Notes: generated by a model from the sequence alone, not told the origin. DNA of 63,352 nucleotides, filler included, from Octopus bimaculoides (GCF_001194135.2; 6 parts of 5 records of this genome joined end to end with filler, not necessarily neighbours in it), one strand, 5' to 3'; shown: positions 1 to 14,283, numbered from the whole stretch's first letter. Translations and numbers: made by a program.

Positions 1-252
1 ATGGATGCGGAGGTCTTCAAGACAAAACTTGACGCTTTCCTCTCCACAATACCAGACGAACCAATGGCTCGTAATGAGACGCAGTTTAGGGCAGCTGTGT
101 CAAATTCTCTTCTACACCAGATGTGCCATCAAAACTCTTGATTGGACCTTGTCAGGTGGGGGAGAAGAGCCATGCAAGGAACGTGAAAATCACGGTGGTG
201 CACCAGTATGACCGCAGCCACTTGGCTGAAACACATAAATAAATAAATAAAT
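1..252 (+). mobile_element. 3' end of a CR1/L2-group LINE (ORF2 C-terminus, 3' UTR, (TAAA)n tail)
   Basis: Frame 1 reads MDAEVFKTKLDAFLSTIPDEP...RAAVSNSLLHQ*, matching the FKxxLDxFLxxxPDxP...AAxNSL C-terminal pattern of CR1/L2-group LINEs; followed by a GGTGGTGCACCAGTATGACCGCAG...CTGAAAC tail and (TAAA)n. Confidence 0.7.
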
Positions 253-1119
253 ATATATATATATATATATATATACGTATATATATACCACGATTTGGAA
301 ATATTTAACACCGGTTTCCTACAAAATACTAGATCATAAAGGAATCAACAGTGCTCTTTTGCAGAATATATTTCTCGACCCGTTTCCCTTGTATTTATGT
401 GGTTAAATGTAATATCTTCAGCATACATGTAACTAGGTGGGGAAAACATGAGCGCATCATAAATGCAGACAGTTACTATGGAGCAGAAAGAACAAGATAT
501 AGAGAAAAACACAAAATCAATCCTGTTTCACATTCATAAACAAGTTCATTTTCTTTCAATCATATTGTGCTGATCGATATGTAGTAAAGCATATACAAAC
601 TTATAAACAAGGGCTTATATCTTTTGAATTATCTATCCTTTGCAGGATAAATTATTAATTCATAATCTCTATCAATCAGGATCTATAATTCTGCTAGTAA
701 TACTTGTTATCAGATAAAAACCTAACAGTGTTACTTCATTGGGAATCATCGTAGTTACAGATTACTAAACGCTCTTTTGCACTTTTGGATGGATCTACAT
801 CATTTAGGACGATGTTGCAGTTGTTACGATAATTTAAGCTTAGAACTAAGTAGGCACTCATTGTAACAGCTCGTTACTGAAATCTACTACTACTACTACT
901 ACTACTGTTGCTGCTGCATCATTAGTAGATGAACAATTCCAAGCAAACATTTAAACACGGAGAAATGTCTTCAGCTTTTTTAAGTACACGTATGTAAACA
1001 AGTACAAGGTTTAATTGATACAGCATAAATATTGTTTTACATCGATTAGTTAATGATGAATTCGTTTTCCAATGTATTTTACTTATTCATGCTTCACTTT
1101 ATGTATGCGTGTGTGTTTG

Positions 1120-1178
<59 letters not shown>

Positions 1179-3812
1179 ATGTGTGTGTGTATTTCAATCT
1201 ATCTATACATCATACTCAATGTTAATAGATGGTGTAAATGCAAATTTACTGCTGTATTTTTATGGACGTGCTGTATATATTGGGAGGGTCTGAGTATATG
1301 CTGTTGAAAATACCCCAATAAAAGAGAAATGTGTCTCATATCTTCGCTAACCGCTATTGGAATGGTTTACGGCTGACACAGGCACTGGTATGAATTTTTA
1401 TTAAATTCNNNNNNNNNNNNNNNNNNNNNNNNNNNNNNNNNNNNNNNNNNNNNNNNNNNNNNNNNNNNNNNNNNNNNNNNNNNNNNNNNNNNNNNNNNNN
1501 NNNNNNNNNNNNNNNNNNNNNNNNNNNNNNNNNNNNNNNNNNNNNNNNNNNNNNNNNNNNNNNNNNNNNNNNNNNNNNNNNNNNNNNNNNNNNNNNNNNN
1601 NNNNNNNNNNNNNNNNNNNNNNNNNNNNNNNNNNNNNNNNNNNNNNNNNNNNNNNNTATACACACACACATATATATGTATATATATATAAATATATAGT
1701 TTTAGGGAAAAGAACCAAGGTTCATGAGCTCATCCATGAAAATCCACTGTCACATATATACATATATATATATTTAATACTGTGAAACTTAATTTAATTT
1801 TAATTTTTAATAAATTGATTTTAATTGGGTTGTTACCTTTAATTTTGTATTTCTATCCCTCATATTATTATTATATATATGTGTGAGTGTGTGTGTGTGC
1901 GTACGTACGTACGTGCGTACGTGCGTGCGTACCGAATACGTGTACAAGTACATACTTTCGTAAGTTCTGCATCTTAGCTGTGTACAAATACAGGACAATA
2001 AGTTTATTCGCTCGCTGCCATTCAAAAGTAGATTTCGTAGAAACACACGCGGAACATTACGGGCAGGAAGACTCGCAATGAATAGAATGATAAGCCGACA
2101 TTAATGAAAATCTGTCTGGCTCCTACAACTATGTCCGGCCACTATTACAAGAGCTTTACAATCAATATCCGGTGCAACTTTGCTTCTACGTTCTCACTAG
2201 TTTCGGTATGAACATTATAATTTCGCCATAAATCATATTCATTAAATCATAGAAAGACTAATATAGTACATACCTTTCAAACAGAAGGGACAAATTTCAA
2301 TTGAATTATGAGCTCCATTTGCTTGGTGATTAGATAAGAGAAAACATTTAATGATTTGAATACGCTCACCTATCTAGTATGTGGCACACGTTTTTCATAT
2401 GGAAAAGTTGTATTATTTATAGGTAAATAGTGTACAATACTTCGATCTGACTTGATATCGAACTTCATATTTATAGTGTGTCAATCACTATACAGGAATC
2501 TGTTCCTATTTTTAATGGCCACCAAACTATATGGAACATGTTGTAAATGGAAGTGTTGCATAATTTTAGGTAAATACGGTATCGCATCTGAATAGGCATC
2601 GTCGTTGCTATATAAAACTACATGTTCCTGGTTAATGGACCTTCACATCTACTTTATGATATTCACATAATCTAGAGTGATAACAAAGTACCAAATGCAT
2701 TGACACATGTGGGAATTCTCTTTTTATTTGCAATACATTATGTCGGTAATGAATTTGATGTAAGATTCCAGTGAACTCGATAAAATGACTATTCAATCCA
2801 CACTACGTCATCGTCTCTGCCTCTGTAGATGCCTGAACATCATATATTAAGATTCCCTACATAGCATAAACTTTGATGAATATGTTATCTAAATACTATC
2901 TTTGAAAAGTCAGCATTATTGAAGTCAAGGGAAATAGACGGTAATCAGATAAAAAACGAAAAAAAAAAAACGTTCAGTTGAATTGGGTTATTGTGTGTTC
3001 AAACTCTCTATAAATCTATTCAGAATTAATTTTCCGCAGGACTTAGAATGTAATCCATGAATCTTCAAAATACTACAATAACACCGATAAACTTGTAAAC
3101 CTGCCTTTACAGTAAAATGGTCCAAAGAATGAAAATAACGATTTTGTTTAGAAACGAAAGAGACAAAAATGTGCATAACTATATTTAGAGCATGGCTGAT
3201 AGATGGAGTGAAAGCCAGCAGTGAAAGAACACATATAGCAACAAGTCCACTTCCAATTCGGACAATAAATATTGCAAGTCATAATCGATAAAAATATTAT
3301 TCGTAACCTATTTTAAGATGAACCCTTATCAATCCGCTGCCTAGAAAGTACAAGGCGACAATTATATACCCTTGGATAACCGTTACGACATATACGAGAT
3401 GTATTAATATTATATATGCTTTTCGCGCAAAATCTGTCTCATACAAGCACACACACACACTATTTATATATGCATTGATGTATATATATAATAAAGGGTA
3501 AATATCATTAATGATTTACCAAGAAGTCAGCGCGAAAATATTAAAAAAAACCTTATCAGTAAATTTAACAAATAGCGTCTTTTGTCGTCTATTTTTCTAG
3601 CACGTGGAGAGGCTTATAACTAATCCCTTGTCCTAATTATGTATAGAATTATTAAAATATATAACGTTTTCGCATTTTGACTCTTGATATATAAAACTAT
3701 AAGCAAATCCATACATATACACAGACACATATGCAGCCTTCCAGTTTTTCCATCGAAAATGATTCGTCAAATTCATATTTTCATGTTATCGTTTGTAGTT
3801 TCATATGCGTGC

Positions 3813-3851
<39 letters not shown>

Positions 3852-4471
3852 AAATCTTTTATCTTTTACGGGTTTCAGCCAGAGGGTAAGGCCAATTTGG
3901 TGCACCGCATTTACTGCACCCGGGGATTTTTACTGTATTACTTCTGGTGAAGNNNNNNNNNNNNNNNNNNNNNNNNNNNNNNNNNNNNNNNNNNNNNNNN
4001 NNNNNNNNNNNNNNNNNNNNNNNNNNNNNNNNNNNNNNNNNNNNNNNNNNNNNNNNNNNNNNNNNNNNNNNNNNNNNNNNNNNNNNNNNNNNNNNNNNNN
4101 NNNNNNNNNNNNNNNNNNNNNNNNNNNNNNNNNNNNNNNNNNNNNNNNNNNNNNNNNNNNNNNNNNNNNNNNNNNNNNNNNNNNNNNNNNNNNNNNNNNN
4201 NNNNNNNNNNNNNNNNNNNNNNNNNNNNNNNNNNNNNNNNNNNNNNNNNNNNNNNNNNNNNNNNNNNNNNNNNNNNNNNNNNNNNNNNNNNNNNNNNNNN
4301 NNNNNNNNNNNNNNNNNNNNNNNNNNNNNNNNNNNNNNNNNNNNNNNNNNNNNNNNNNNNNNNNNNNNNNNNNNNNNNNNNNNNNNNNNNNNNNNNNNNN
4401 NNNNNNNNNNNNNNNNNNNNNNNNNNNNNNNNNNNNNNNNNNNNNNNNNNNNNNNNNNNNNNNNNNNNNNN

Positions 4472-4511
<40 letters not shown>

Positions 4512-6007
4512 TCTATTTCTAAAACAGTATTATATATATATATATATATACGCCTCATACACAGATGTGTGTGCCTGATATTATATGCTTCAGTCGGACA
4601 AGATTTAATTCTGTGATAATGGTGCATTTGTTTTAAATAAATGCGGTTTCCTAAAACTGTGCAATTTGCTTCGCTCTAAACCCGATTGTAAAGTAAGATT
4701 AACGGACCATTAAATGTGTTGCCTATATAATTGCATTATGTGACGAACAAATGAAGCGAAGGACCCGTGTAGAGATGATGGAGAAGAGAAATGTGGTTAC
4801 TTTGATTTTATGTCAGCATGTATGAAATGTAGAAGAAAGAATTGAGTCCATTGGTAATTCTGTTCACGTGAAGACTAGGTAATATAATTGCAAATTTCAT
4901 GATTTTATTATATAAACTCGGGGCCCATGCCATGTAGTTGAAAATATTTTGATAATCAATTTTGAGATTTTGGAGAATTTGATTTATAAACTAAAAGTGC
5001 TTGTGTATTTCATATGTTAGCTATGATTTCGTAATGCATTTTGCGTTTGTATTATTCATTATTTTGCAAATGAACTAAATAAAGATGCATTAGGGATGAG
5101 GTAACCTACCATATATTTGATTTTGTTTGTTTTATTGTATCGAATGTTGCGTTTACGTAATTGGATTATGAGAGAATGTGGACATATTAAGGGAAGGATG
5201 GTTGAATGATTCGAATGAGGTTTGTAAACATAGACCATAGATATACATTTTATATTTGGATAATCCATTGGATGCACATTTTAAACTTCTGTTATAAATC
5301 ATTTTCTAGATTTAAAACTGTAGTTGCATTACTTGGATATTAGATCAATGTTACATGGTTGTTTGTCCCCAAATTGAAAAGAAATACAATATATTTTTAT
5401 TGCATAACGGGAAAAACCGCCACACACTGCAAATAAATAAATAAATCATCTTTTGTTACTCTTCGTGCAACTTCAGCTTCCTGGATTTCTACAACTTGTA
5501 TAGTATTTTCTAAAATTTTACTACCGCGAAATCAACAGTTATGTTTCGACATCAGTAAAGTAACAATTTTTTGTTTGCCCTTTTCACCATCCATGGACAA
5601 ATAAGAAAAAAATATAACTTGTCACTATTATAAATACCTTCGATCAGTTAATTCTCCTTTTCCACTCGACATCTCACAATATACTGCTGGAGTATCATGG
5701 ATAGAAATCGTATATGCATAAATTTGGTCAATATGGAAATAAAAAGACCGGCCAAAAACGAACCGCCTTAATCATCACCAGCACTATTACCTCCCCTCAC
5801 TACTCACTAATGAAATGAAATAAATGATAATTTCCCACGTCTCAGATTTACCACGTTGGTCAAAGAACCGGTTGCTAAGGGGGCTAATTTCCATTTGACA
5901 CCCTGCTAAACCAAAATCAAAATCTGTGAACAGATGGATGGACAGTGTAGAATCAACAAGTAGGAGCTTGATATCAGCGCAGACAGCCTTCGAATGTTAA
6001 CGCTGTC

Positions 6008-6245
6008 AGTCTGACTCCCTAATATCATGTCCCTTTCTTGTAGTCTGACTCCCTAATATCATATCCCTTTCTTGTAGTCTGACTCCCTAATATCATGTCC
6101 CTTTCTTGTAGTCTGACTCCCTAATATCATATCCCTTTCTTGTAGTCTGACTCCCTAATATCATATCCCTTTCTTGTAGTCTGACTCCCTAATATCATGT
6201 CCCTTTCTTGTAGTCTGACTCCCTAATATCATGTCCCTTTCTTGT
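6008..6245. repeat. Minisatellite, 7 x 34 bp (AGTCTGACTCCCTAATATCATRTCCCTTTCTTGT)
   Basis: Seven contiguous head-to-tail copies read directly; only unit position 22 varies (G,A,G,A,A,G,G). Confidence 0.97.
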
Positions 6246-7689
6246 ATTGTTCTTTATATCATCTCATGCTTATTCTATCAGCGTTTCAGCGTATTATATT
6301 TGTCGTCGGGAGGGTTTCTTAAGAACGACACAGAAGTGTTAAGTTGTCCATTTAGTAAAACATGTCTCCTACCTATGTTCTCTCTCACGATGGGGACAAA
6401 ATAAAACACTGTGAATCCTTTGAAGAAGGCGTTTGTTCCACAAGGTGGTGGTGGAACTATATAACCAAGTACGATCTGATTCTTCCTTTTATATTTTACG
6501 AGAAATTCTATTGTATTCCGCGATGAAACACGGTTTCAGTATTATTCCCTAAGAGGCTAGGATAATTTTTTATCGCTAACATAAGCAAAATTTAAAACTA
6601 GATTTATATGTTACATTCTACATCTTCCATAAAGAAACTTAATTTCAAACAATGGAAAGTACAAGAAGGAATATGGAATTAGTTGCGTTTTCCCCCATTT
6701 TAAGATGACATCTTCTCAGTTTTTGATGGCAGATGTTGAAAAAAGAGAGAACATTGGCGATTGTTTCAAATGCATCGTATTGTTTAAGATAATTAACTGC
6801 ACAAGCTGCACCGAATCTATTAACTCTGATTGGAAGTGGTTTTCTGAACGAGTTATTCAAAAACGTACTTGGTTGCCTTGTATGGAATTCATCAGTTAAT
6901 TTAAACGCGTTCACATATAATAGCGAATGGTAAATGGAAGAGAAACAAGCTTCTCTCTAAAAATCATAATCGCACCAACTAAACCCCGTACACTAGGAAC
7001 CAGGTACACACACATTTGTATATATGTGTACGTGTGTGCGTACTTATGTTCCTGTTTAAATGTAGGTGCAAAATTGCAACAAGAAACAATCATAAACCAA
7101 AATACGTTAATACAGATGAAGCCGCACAAATATGATGAAATTAAACAAAACAAATCCACAAAGACCGTAAACTAAACGACACATTGATAAAAACATTCCA
7201 TCTTTAGAGATTAAACAATGAGATAGCAAATATTTATCGATAAATGCGGGAGTGAAATGATTTCATGGCCAGGAACGGAATTAATAGAGGACTAGTTGTA
7301 CTGAAGTAAGAGCAACCGTTCTTTCATTGCGCACGCGCGCACACACACAGACACGCACATACATAGAGCTACACATACAGACACCCATTGATACAACCAC
7401 ACACATACATACACACACAGAGTTATTCACACACGCCGCTGTAGACTCAACCGTGCACATACATGCACATGCACATATACGCACACAGCCACACGTTCAC
7501 CTCCACCCAAACACATACACATTCACACATACACACACATGTTATGAATATGTGTGTATGTATCCGTTTAAATAATTATCTTATTTGAAAATTTACAGAC
7601 GATGACTCTTACACAAAGAAAATATTCGAAAACATTAAGCGTAATAAGACAAAGAAATTGGAACAAAACCAAAGAATCCCGGGGAAAAA

Positions 7690-7751
<62 letters not shown>

Positions 7752-8178
7752 AAAAACAGAGCTACAAATTTGTTTAAAACATAATTGAAAATATATTTGA
7801 AAAAAGTAGATTTAGAAAGGAAAGACATAAATAACAATTTTGTTATCTGAGATATTAATTTGCAAAAATTGATAGAAGTATAAAAGCTAAAAAGAAGACA
7901 AAAATGACCACAAAAATCAAATTTAAAATAATTAATTAAAGCAAGCTTAGGTATGATAGAACTCTAAATAATTCCTTTTTCGGTATGTTTTGAGGGCATT
8001 AATTTCTTTCAAAACCGTTTTAATAATGTCTTCTGTATAACAAAGGACTTTAATTAAAGTCGAATATACATAAATATAAAGAAATGCAAACAAGTTCGCT
8101 CAAACAGACTCTCACACGTATGCGAAAGCATACACGTATATATTTCCATTTGTAAATATAGATATATAAATTATATAC

Positions 8179-8278
<100 letters not shown>

Positions 8279-8611
8279 TTCTGTGTGTGTGCGCACGCGT
8301 TTGTGCGTGCATTATGTACATGTACGTAGGCACACGTATGTATATACAAATATTTGTATCCTTATATAAAATTTGAAGCTAGCAAGAACACAAATGTAAA
8401 TATATAATAGAAGAAAAGTGTATATGTACCGAGACAATGATAGTCCTATGTAAATTAGCGGTTTATAGTAGAGCTAAACATATAAACAAACATTTATGTA
8501 AATGAAAACGTCTCTGCCCGGGAAAGACGAAAACGTAAGAAGAGTGTAGTGATAACAAATGCTACTATTCAGCTATGTATGTGTGCTTGCATCTCTCTCT
8601 CTCTACTTTTT

Positions 8612-8650
<39 letters not shown>

Positions 8651-10044
8651 ATATATATGTTGATATTTATATATATATATATATATATATNNNNNNNNNN
8701 NNNNNNNNNNNNNNNNNNNNNNNNNNNNNNNNNNNNNNNNNNNNNNNNNNNNNNNNNNNNNNNNNNNNNNNNNNNNNNNNNNNNNNNNNNNNNNNNNNNN
8801 NNNNNNNNNNNNNNNNNNNNNNNNNNNNNNNNNNNNNNNNNNNNNNNNNNNNNNNNNNNNNNNNNNNNNNNNNNNNNNNNNNNNNNNNNNNNNNNNNNNN
8901 NNNNNNNNNNNNNNNNNNNNNNNNNNNNNNNNNNNNNNNNNNNNNNNNNNNNNNNNNNNNNNNNNNNNNNNNNNNNNNNNNNNNNNNNNNNNNNNNNNNN
9001 NNNNNNNNNNNNNNNNNNNNNNNNNNNNNNNNNNNNNNNNNNNNNNNNNNNNNNNNNNNNNNNNNNNNNNNNNNNNNNNNNNNNNNNNNNNNNNNNNNNN
9101 NNNNNNNNNNNNNNNNNNNNNNNNNNNNNNNNTATCGTTGTACATTTGTGTATGTCTGCCTTTGTATTAGTTTACTATTAAAGTAGAGTATATATCAGGC
9201 GTTGAGTAATGTTTAGTATAAAACTTCAATGGAAATGAATGCCTCACTCTAATAACAGAAAAGTCAAACCGCAATTTAAATGAGAATTTTTCAATACATC
9301 ATGTTATGAACGTACATAGTTACGGAAATACAAATTACTCTTGTTCCTAGAAAAATTGCATTGATGTCTGGATGTTGTCACACCGCTTAATATGTAGCAG
9401 TTGACTCTCCCTAAATTACATCCACCTCTACGTAAAACAACGAGACACATGATAGCCTAATCATGGATTTGCAAAACTCAACCGGGCGTATTATTGAATG
9501 ATTACAAACCTTTGACTATAGGTATTAATCACAGGTAACACTGATATTAATCAGCAAATATCATCAGGAATAGCATATTTAATGTTATCTTTTTTTAACC
9601 GGAAACGTGTTATTAGTTCTCTAATACTTTCGAATTATATTTTATTGAATAGTGTGTAGTACACAGCCTGTCTAGGCGACTACATGTCTTGTACATTATG
9701 TATCTGATACAGTACATGTCGAATGCATTATATGTCGACCTATGTACTTATTTTATCGAGTCTGCATACAAAACAGACAAAAATAATCTCCACAGTCTTT
9801 GAATAGAATTGAATACTGTAAAGTGTATCGTCTGCTCCAACGTCTCACAACTATTAAGTTACTGCAATATAAGAGCGCGCGGGTTTGTATGCTTGTTTAC
9901 GTGTGTGTGTATGCGTATGTATGTGTGGTTACATATGTATTTATCTCTTTCAAGGGCTCTTCTTATATTTTTGTACCTTACTTTTCAGATAAATAATGTC
10001 AGACATTAGGTTGACTCAGCAAATGAACAGGCACTCTGCATTTA

Positions 10045-10330
10045 TTGCCTTAAAATCGCGGCATAGTGAGAGAGACATACCTCACTTCCTAGAAGTTGCC
10101 CGAGCATTCGTTGTCAAAGTTCGAAATGAACTAGAGACTGCTAGCAGGGATCCAACATAAGCATCTAAACCCAAGACCCATGCACTGGGTCCTAATACCA
10201 AAATGTCCAAGAAATAATCGATATAATAGCCCGGGAAGTCAATGGGAGCCATTGCAATGCATAAAAGATGCACCATCCGAAGCGCCGTGCATGAGGACAT
10301 CCAGAATGTTGTATGTAATGTGCAGGAGTC
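10045..10330 (+). mobile_element. Degraded Tc1/mariner (maT-like) transposase N-terminal/HTH fragment
   Basis: Broken frames give RDIPHFLEVARAFVVKVRNELE and PGKSMGAIAMHKRCTIRSAVHEDI, resembling the PGKSMRAIAREL-VSExTIRRxVHEDL region of maT-type transposases; internal stops. Confidence 0.55.
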
Positions 10331-11574
10331 AGTGTTGCTTAATCGCTGGATTGTTTCTGTCTCGGACCAATATATTGTAGTTAATAGACACATTTACTGC
10401 CGGTCACTGATATTTTCTTATGGTCTATTGGAGATGAGTCTTGTTCTATATTGAAATCTCAAATAACTCGATTTTTATGTATCTAAACTTGCACATGAAT
10501 ATAAGCTATGCGACATTTTTGATAGTTGGTATAGGCAACTACAAACACATCCACGGTACACATACATTCACAAACTTTAATGTTAACAAATATACTTAAT
10601 ATTCGAATGCAATTACAAATTTTAACAAACCACAGAGAAATTCTTTACTTAAATGCAAAAAAAACGCAACGACGGTAACTGATACAGGCCTTGCAATAAT
10701 TTCCACTTACGTTAGATTGTTGACAGGTAGTAAAACCTCCACCTTTCGTGTATGTTCATACGTGATCTAGAGAAAGAAGCGTAACATATAGTTAGTGTCA
10801 TATGAATTGATAAAGATTGACAGAACACGAAATTATTTATATTTGAAGTTGTAACCAAGAGCGTGCAAGAAAAAATTTGTATAGTCTCAAATATTTACAG
10901 AAGACATGGCCTCGTATCCCAAGGGTAGCTTTCGAATTCTTTTTAACTCAATATTTACATGCTATTGTCTATAGCTTTAACTACTTCGAGTTTCACCTTT
11001 CCAAAACCAAAAAAATGATTATGAAGATTTCATGCTATTTGTCTATATAAAACAAGTTGTATATATTTATACACGCAAATGGGGGGTAAGTTTTCTCATG
11101 TGCACAACAGTGTAAATACATGCACATACACACACACACACACACATTCATTCACACAGACACCAAGACACACAGAAGAATCACTAAGAGTGACTAAGAC
11201 TGCTGACGTGCAGTCTTTTAGCAATGAAGAGGAGGGAAAGTCTTTCAGGTGTTTACGTTTCGATTCTGGGAGTTCTAGAATGATCAACTATTAGTTCTCT
11301 TTTCTTTCCCCCACCACTTATTCACCTTGTTTGATAGTTTCTCATGTCTTTTAGTTAGGGGTAAAAACCATTTCTTTTAAGGCACGTTTAATGTTTTCTT
11401 TACAAACTACAAATAAGCCTCACCTCCCTTCATTTTTTTCTCATACAAAATCTAACGTAAATTTTGAACGGGGTATAGCTGCGAAAAGATCTCAGAAAAA
11501 TGGGTAACATCCCCTACAAAACGGGTCGGCGAGAAAAGTCGCCAACAAGTGGCTACACGAAGTTCAACTCTATA

Positions 11575-11850
11575 CTTTAAAGAGTGTCTTCTACGATAGC
11601 CTCGGTCAGACCAAAGCAAAGCCTCGTGAGTGGATTTGCTAGACGGAAACTGAAAGAAGCCCATAATATATATATGTTTGTGTGTGTGTGTGTTGGTGTG
11701 TTTACGTCCCTGTAACTTACCTGTTTGACAGAAGATTGATAGAATAAGCACCAGGCTTACAGGGAATAAGTCCTAGGGTTGATTTCTTCGACTAATGGGT
11801 GATGCTCCAGTATGGCTACCGTCAAAATACTGAAACAAGTAATAGAGTAC
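11575..11850 (+). mobile_element. SINE family A (CORE-like centre, CR1/L2-type tail), 5'-truncated
   Basis: Similar to 18196-18490, 32071-32451 and 52870-53030: GTGTCTTCTAC-ATAGCCTCGG...GACGGAAACTGAAAGAAGCCC...GATAGAATAAG...GCTCCAGTATGGCT...CTGAAACAAGT. Confidence 0.8.
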
Positions 11851-13459
11851 CAGAAGGACGTTCCGCACCACTAAACCAAGAAAGTTCTTTGAATATGTAC
11901 AATGTATTTTAAGGCTAAATAGTAATTCTGTTTACATTTGCGTAACTGAGATATTTTGGTTGGATTATATAGTTATCAGTTTTACACTTCTTTCTATATT
12001 CTGTAAGTGTCAGAATATAGAAACATTTCTCATGGCACCAGTACACAATTTATAGATACTTACATATTTTATGTTTTCACGGGTCCAACACTAGTTATTA
12101 TCATTATTCCAACTATTACCGTTATTCTAATTATGATTATTATTATAGGCCATTTTGAACGGTTTAGAATTTATCAATGAAATTCTTTACTTTGACTTTT
12201 CTCTCGACTTCACTTGAATTGTGTAGTTTGTAGAATGGGAATATTATAAACATTTTCTGGCCAAATGTTGACAGGTGTTTGCTTAAATGGATCTGAAAGA
12301 CATCAAAGGCCGTCTTTATGTTCTCCTAAGATAGGCTAAATTCATTTCTCTGTTTCGCAACTAAGAGAGCACGATGTTTACTTCTACACATCATCTACTA
12401 CTTCCTTAGTTGGAAATATGGAAAAAGCAAGAGGGGAGATTATAACACTTCCTCAGTTTCATATGACAGTTTTATCATTATATTTTGTTCATCTCCTTCG
12501 CAGAAACACTTTCTTTCCAATCCATGAACTGATAATCGATACAAAGTATATATTTTCAGCTGAGATTCTTACTTTCACTTCAAATACGACCGTTAAAATT
12601 GTTTCCGCTGCATAAGATCCGCTGGCAAAGACTTCAGAGATCACATATGATCTCTTAACAGTGCAAGTCTTAAGGTCGCGTTTACTAGTAGAACGTCCAT
12701 AGTTACCGATGCCATCATAATATTGCTATAGCATCTGAATGATAATGAACATCACCAGTATCATTGAGAAATGCAATAAAATCCATTGTTAAAATATTCA
12801 CTTTACTGAGCTCCGTACCAACCAACCTCAGCTATATGTACAAACACCACGCTAATGCTCGATGACAAATTTAGAAATGCATTTTATCTGCACGTTTTAT
12901 CAACTAACTTTACTATTCATGCTAGCATAGAAAATAAACGCTATATCCACAAATCAAATATATCGCCATCACCATCAAGACCTTCATTCTGCCAACTTCA
13001 TCTTCAAAGAACCGCCATCAATAATGACTTGAGCTCCCATTCATCTAATCACGCAGCCTACTTTTATGTTATATTTTTTGTTTGACGGACTGCGAACATA
13101 TTTCAATGACAAGCGCTTTCTCAAGCCATAATTAAAAGTAACAGCTGGTGCATTTCAAGAATTTTACAAGCTACCAGCAAGCCATCAACAATCGCGAGCA
13201 TTCACTATTAATGGAAACACTATGAACACCTTGAGCCACGTAACAGGTTCTATGTGTATTGCCTTTACTTCGACCCTCATTAGTAACGACCAACATCATC
13301 ACTAATCCGCTAATAACCATCACCTTTACCATAATTGACAACAGTAATATTGGTTTCAAATTTTGACACGAGGCAAGCAGGTTAGCGGAGGGCTAAGGTG
13401 ATTATATCTGGTATTTATTTTATAACGCAGAACGCTGCTGTGGCGGATCAAATGCAGCT

Positions 13460-13640
13460 AACTATTTTGCCCGGCGTGCTCACCTTTCTGTCAGCTTGCC
13501 ACCTTAGCAACAACAACAACAACAACAACAATAATGATAATAACGAATTCGGAGTTTGGCACAAGAGGAATGGCTATTTTGTAGACCCAAAGGAAAGTAA
13601 AGCAAAGTTGACCTCGGCGAGATTTGAGTTCAGAATGTAA
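13460..13640 (-). mobile_element. SINE family B fragments (head and centre), degraded
   Basis: Reverse complement matches the head (AAGGTGGCAAGCTG...GCACGCCGGGCAAAA) and centre (GAGGTCAACTTTGCTTT) of the copy at 21491-21704. Confidence 0.6.
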
Positions 13641-13668
13641 AGAGCCGGAAAAAATATTAGAATGTATT

Positions 13669-13713
<45 letters not shown>

Positions 13714-14220
13714 TGTATTCACANNNNNNNNNNTGATAATACAATCACTCCCCACAGCAACAGGAAAAGAAACATAACAATAGTTTTCACGATTTCTATA
13801 CGGCAACTTCTAGATAGTAATGTTACAGAAAACGGTTTGATGATCAAAGTAAATCTATCGATAAGTATCGATCGATAGAAACCTAAATGTTTGATCTTTG
13901 CTTATATATTCCTGGCCTTACCAAAGTCAGATGTATAGATTAATTTGGTAACTGTAAAAATATATTAGAGTAAGAAAGAAACGGAAGAAGAGATAGAGAG
14001 CCAGACAAGTAGAGAGGTTGAATGATAGGGAAAGACAGAGAGCCAAAAAGGTACACGAGTAATGCTTCTGTAAAGATATTCAAATGACTTGGCAACAAGC
14101 GTTTGCTGACGGAAGATTGTAGAGTGAAAGTTATACGTAGGTGTTGACTGCGGTACAGGTTTCATCCCTCACTATTTATTAGAACTTGAATATCATTGAG
14201 ATATAATCAACTGTGTGTGT

Positions 14221-14283
<63 letters not shown>

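Noticed and set aside
4740-4850. Cys-rich peptide NEAKDPCRDDGEEKCGYFDFMSACMKCRRKN*
   Set aside because: There is an in-frame stop immediately upstream and no acceptor site.
6008-6245. CRISPR-like 34-bp repeat
   Set aside because: Units are directly adjacent with no spacers, there are no cas genes, and the context is eukaryotic.
6645-6914. Overlapping 89-aa (-) and 64-aa (+) ORFs
   Set aside because: No motifs or splice support; ORFs of this length are expected occasionally by chance.
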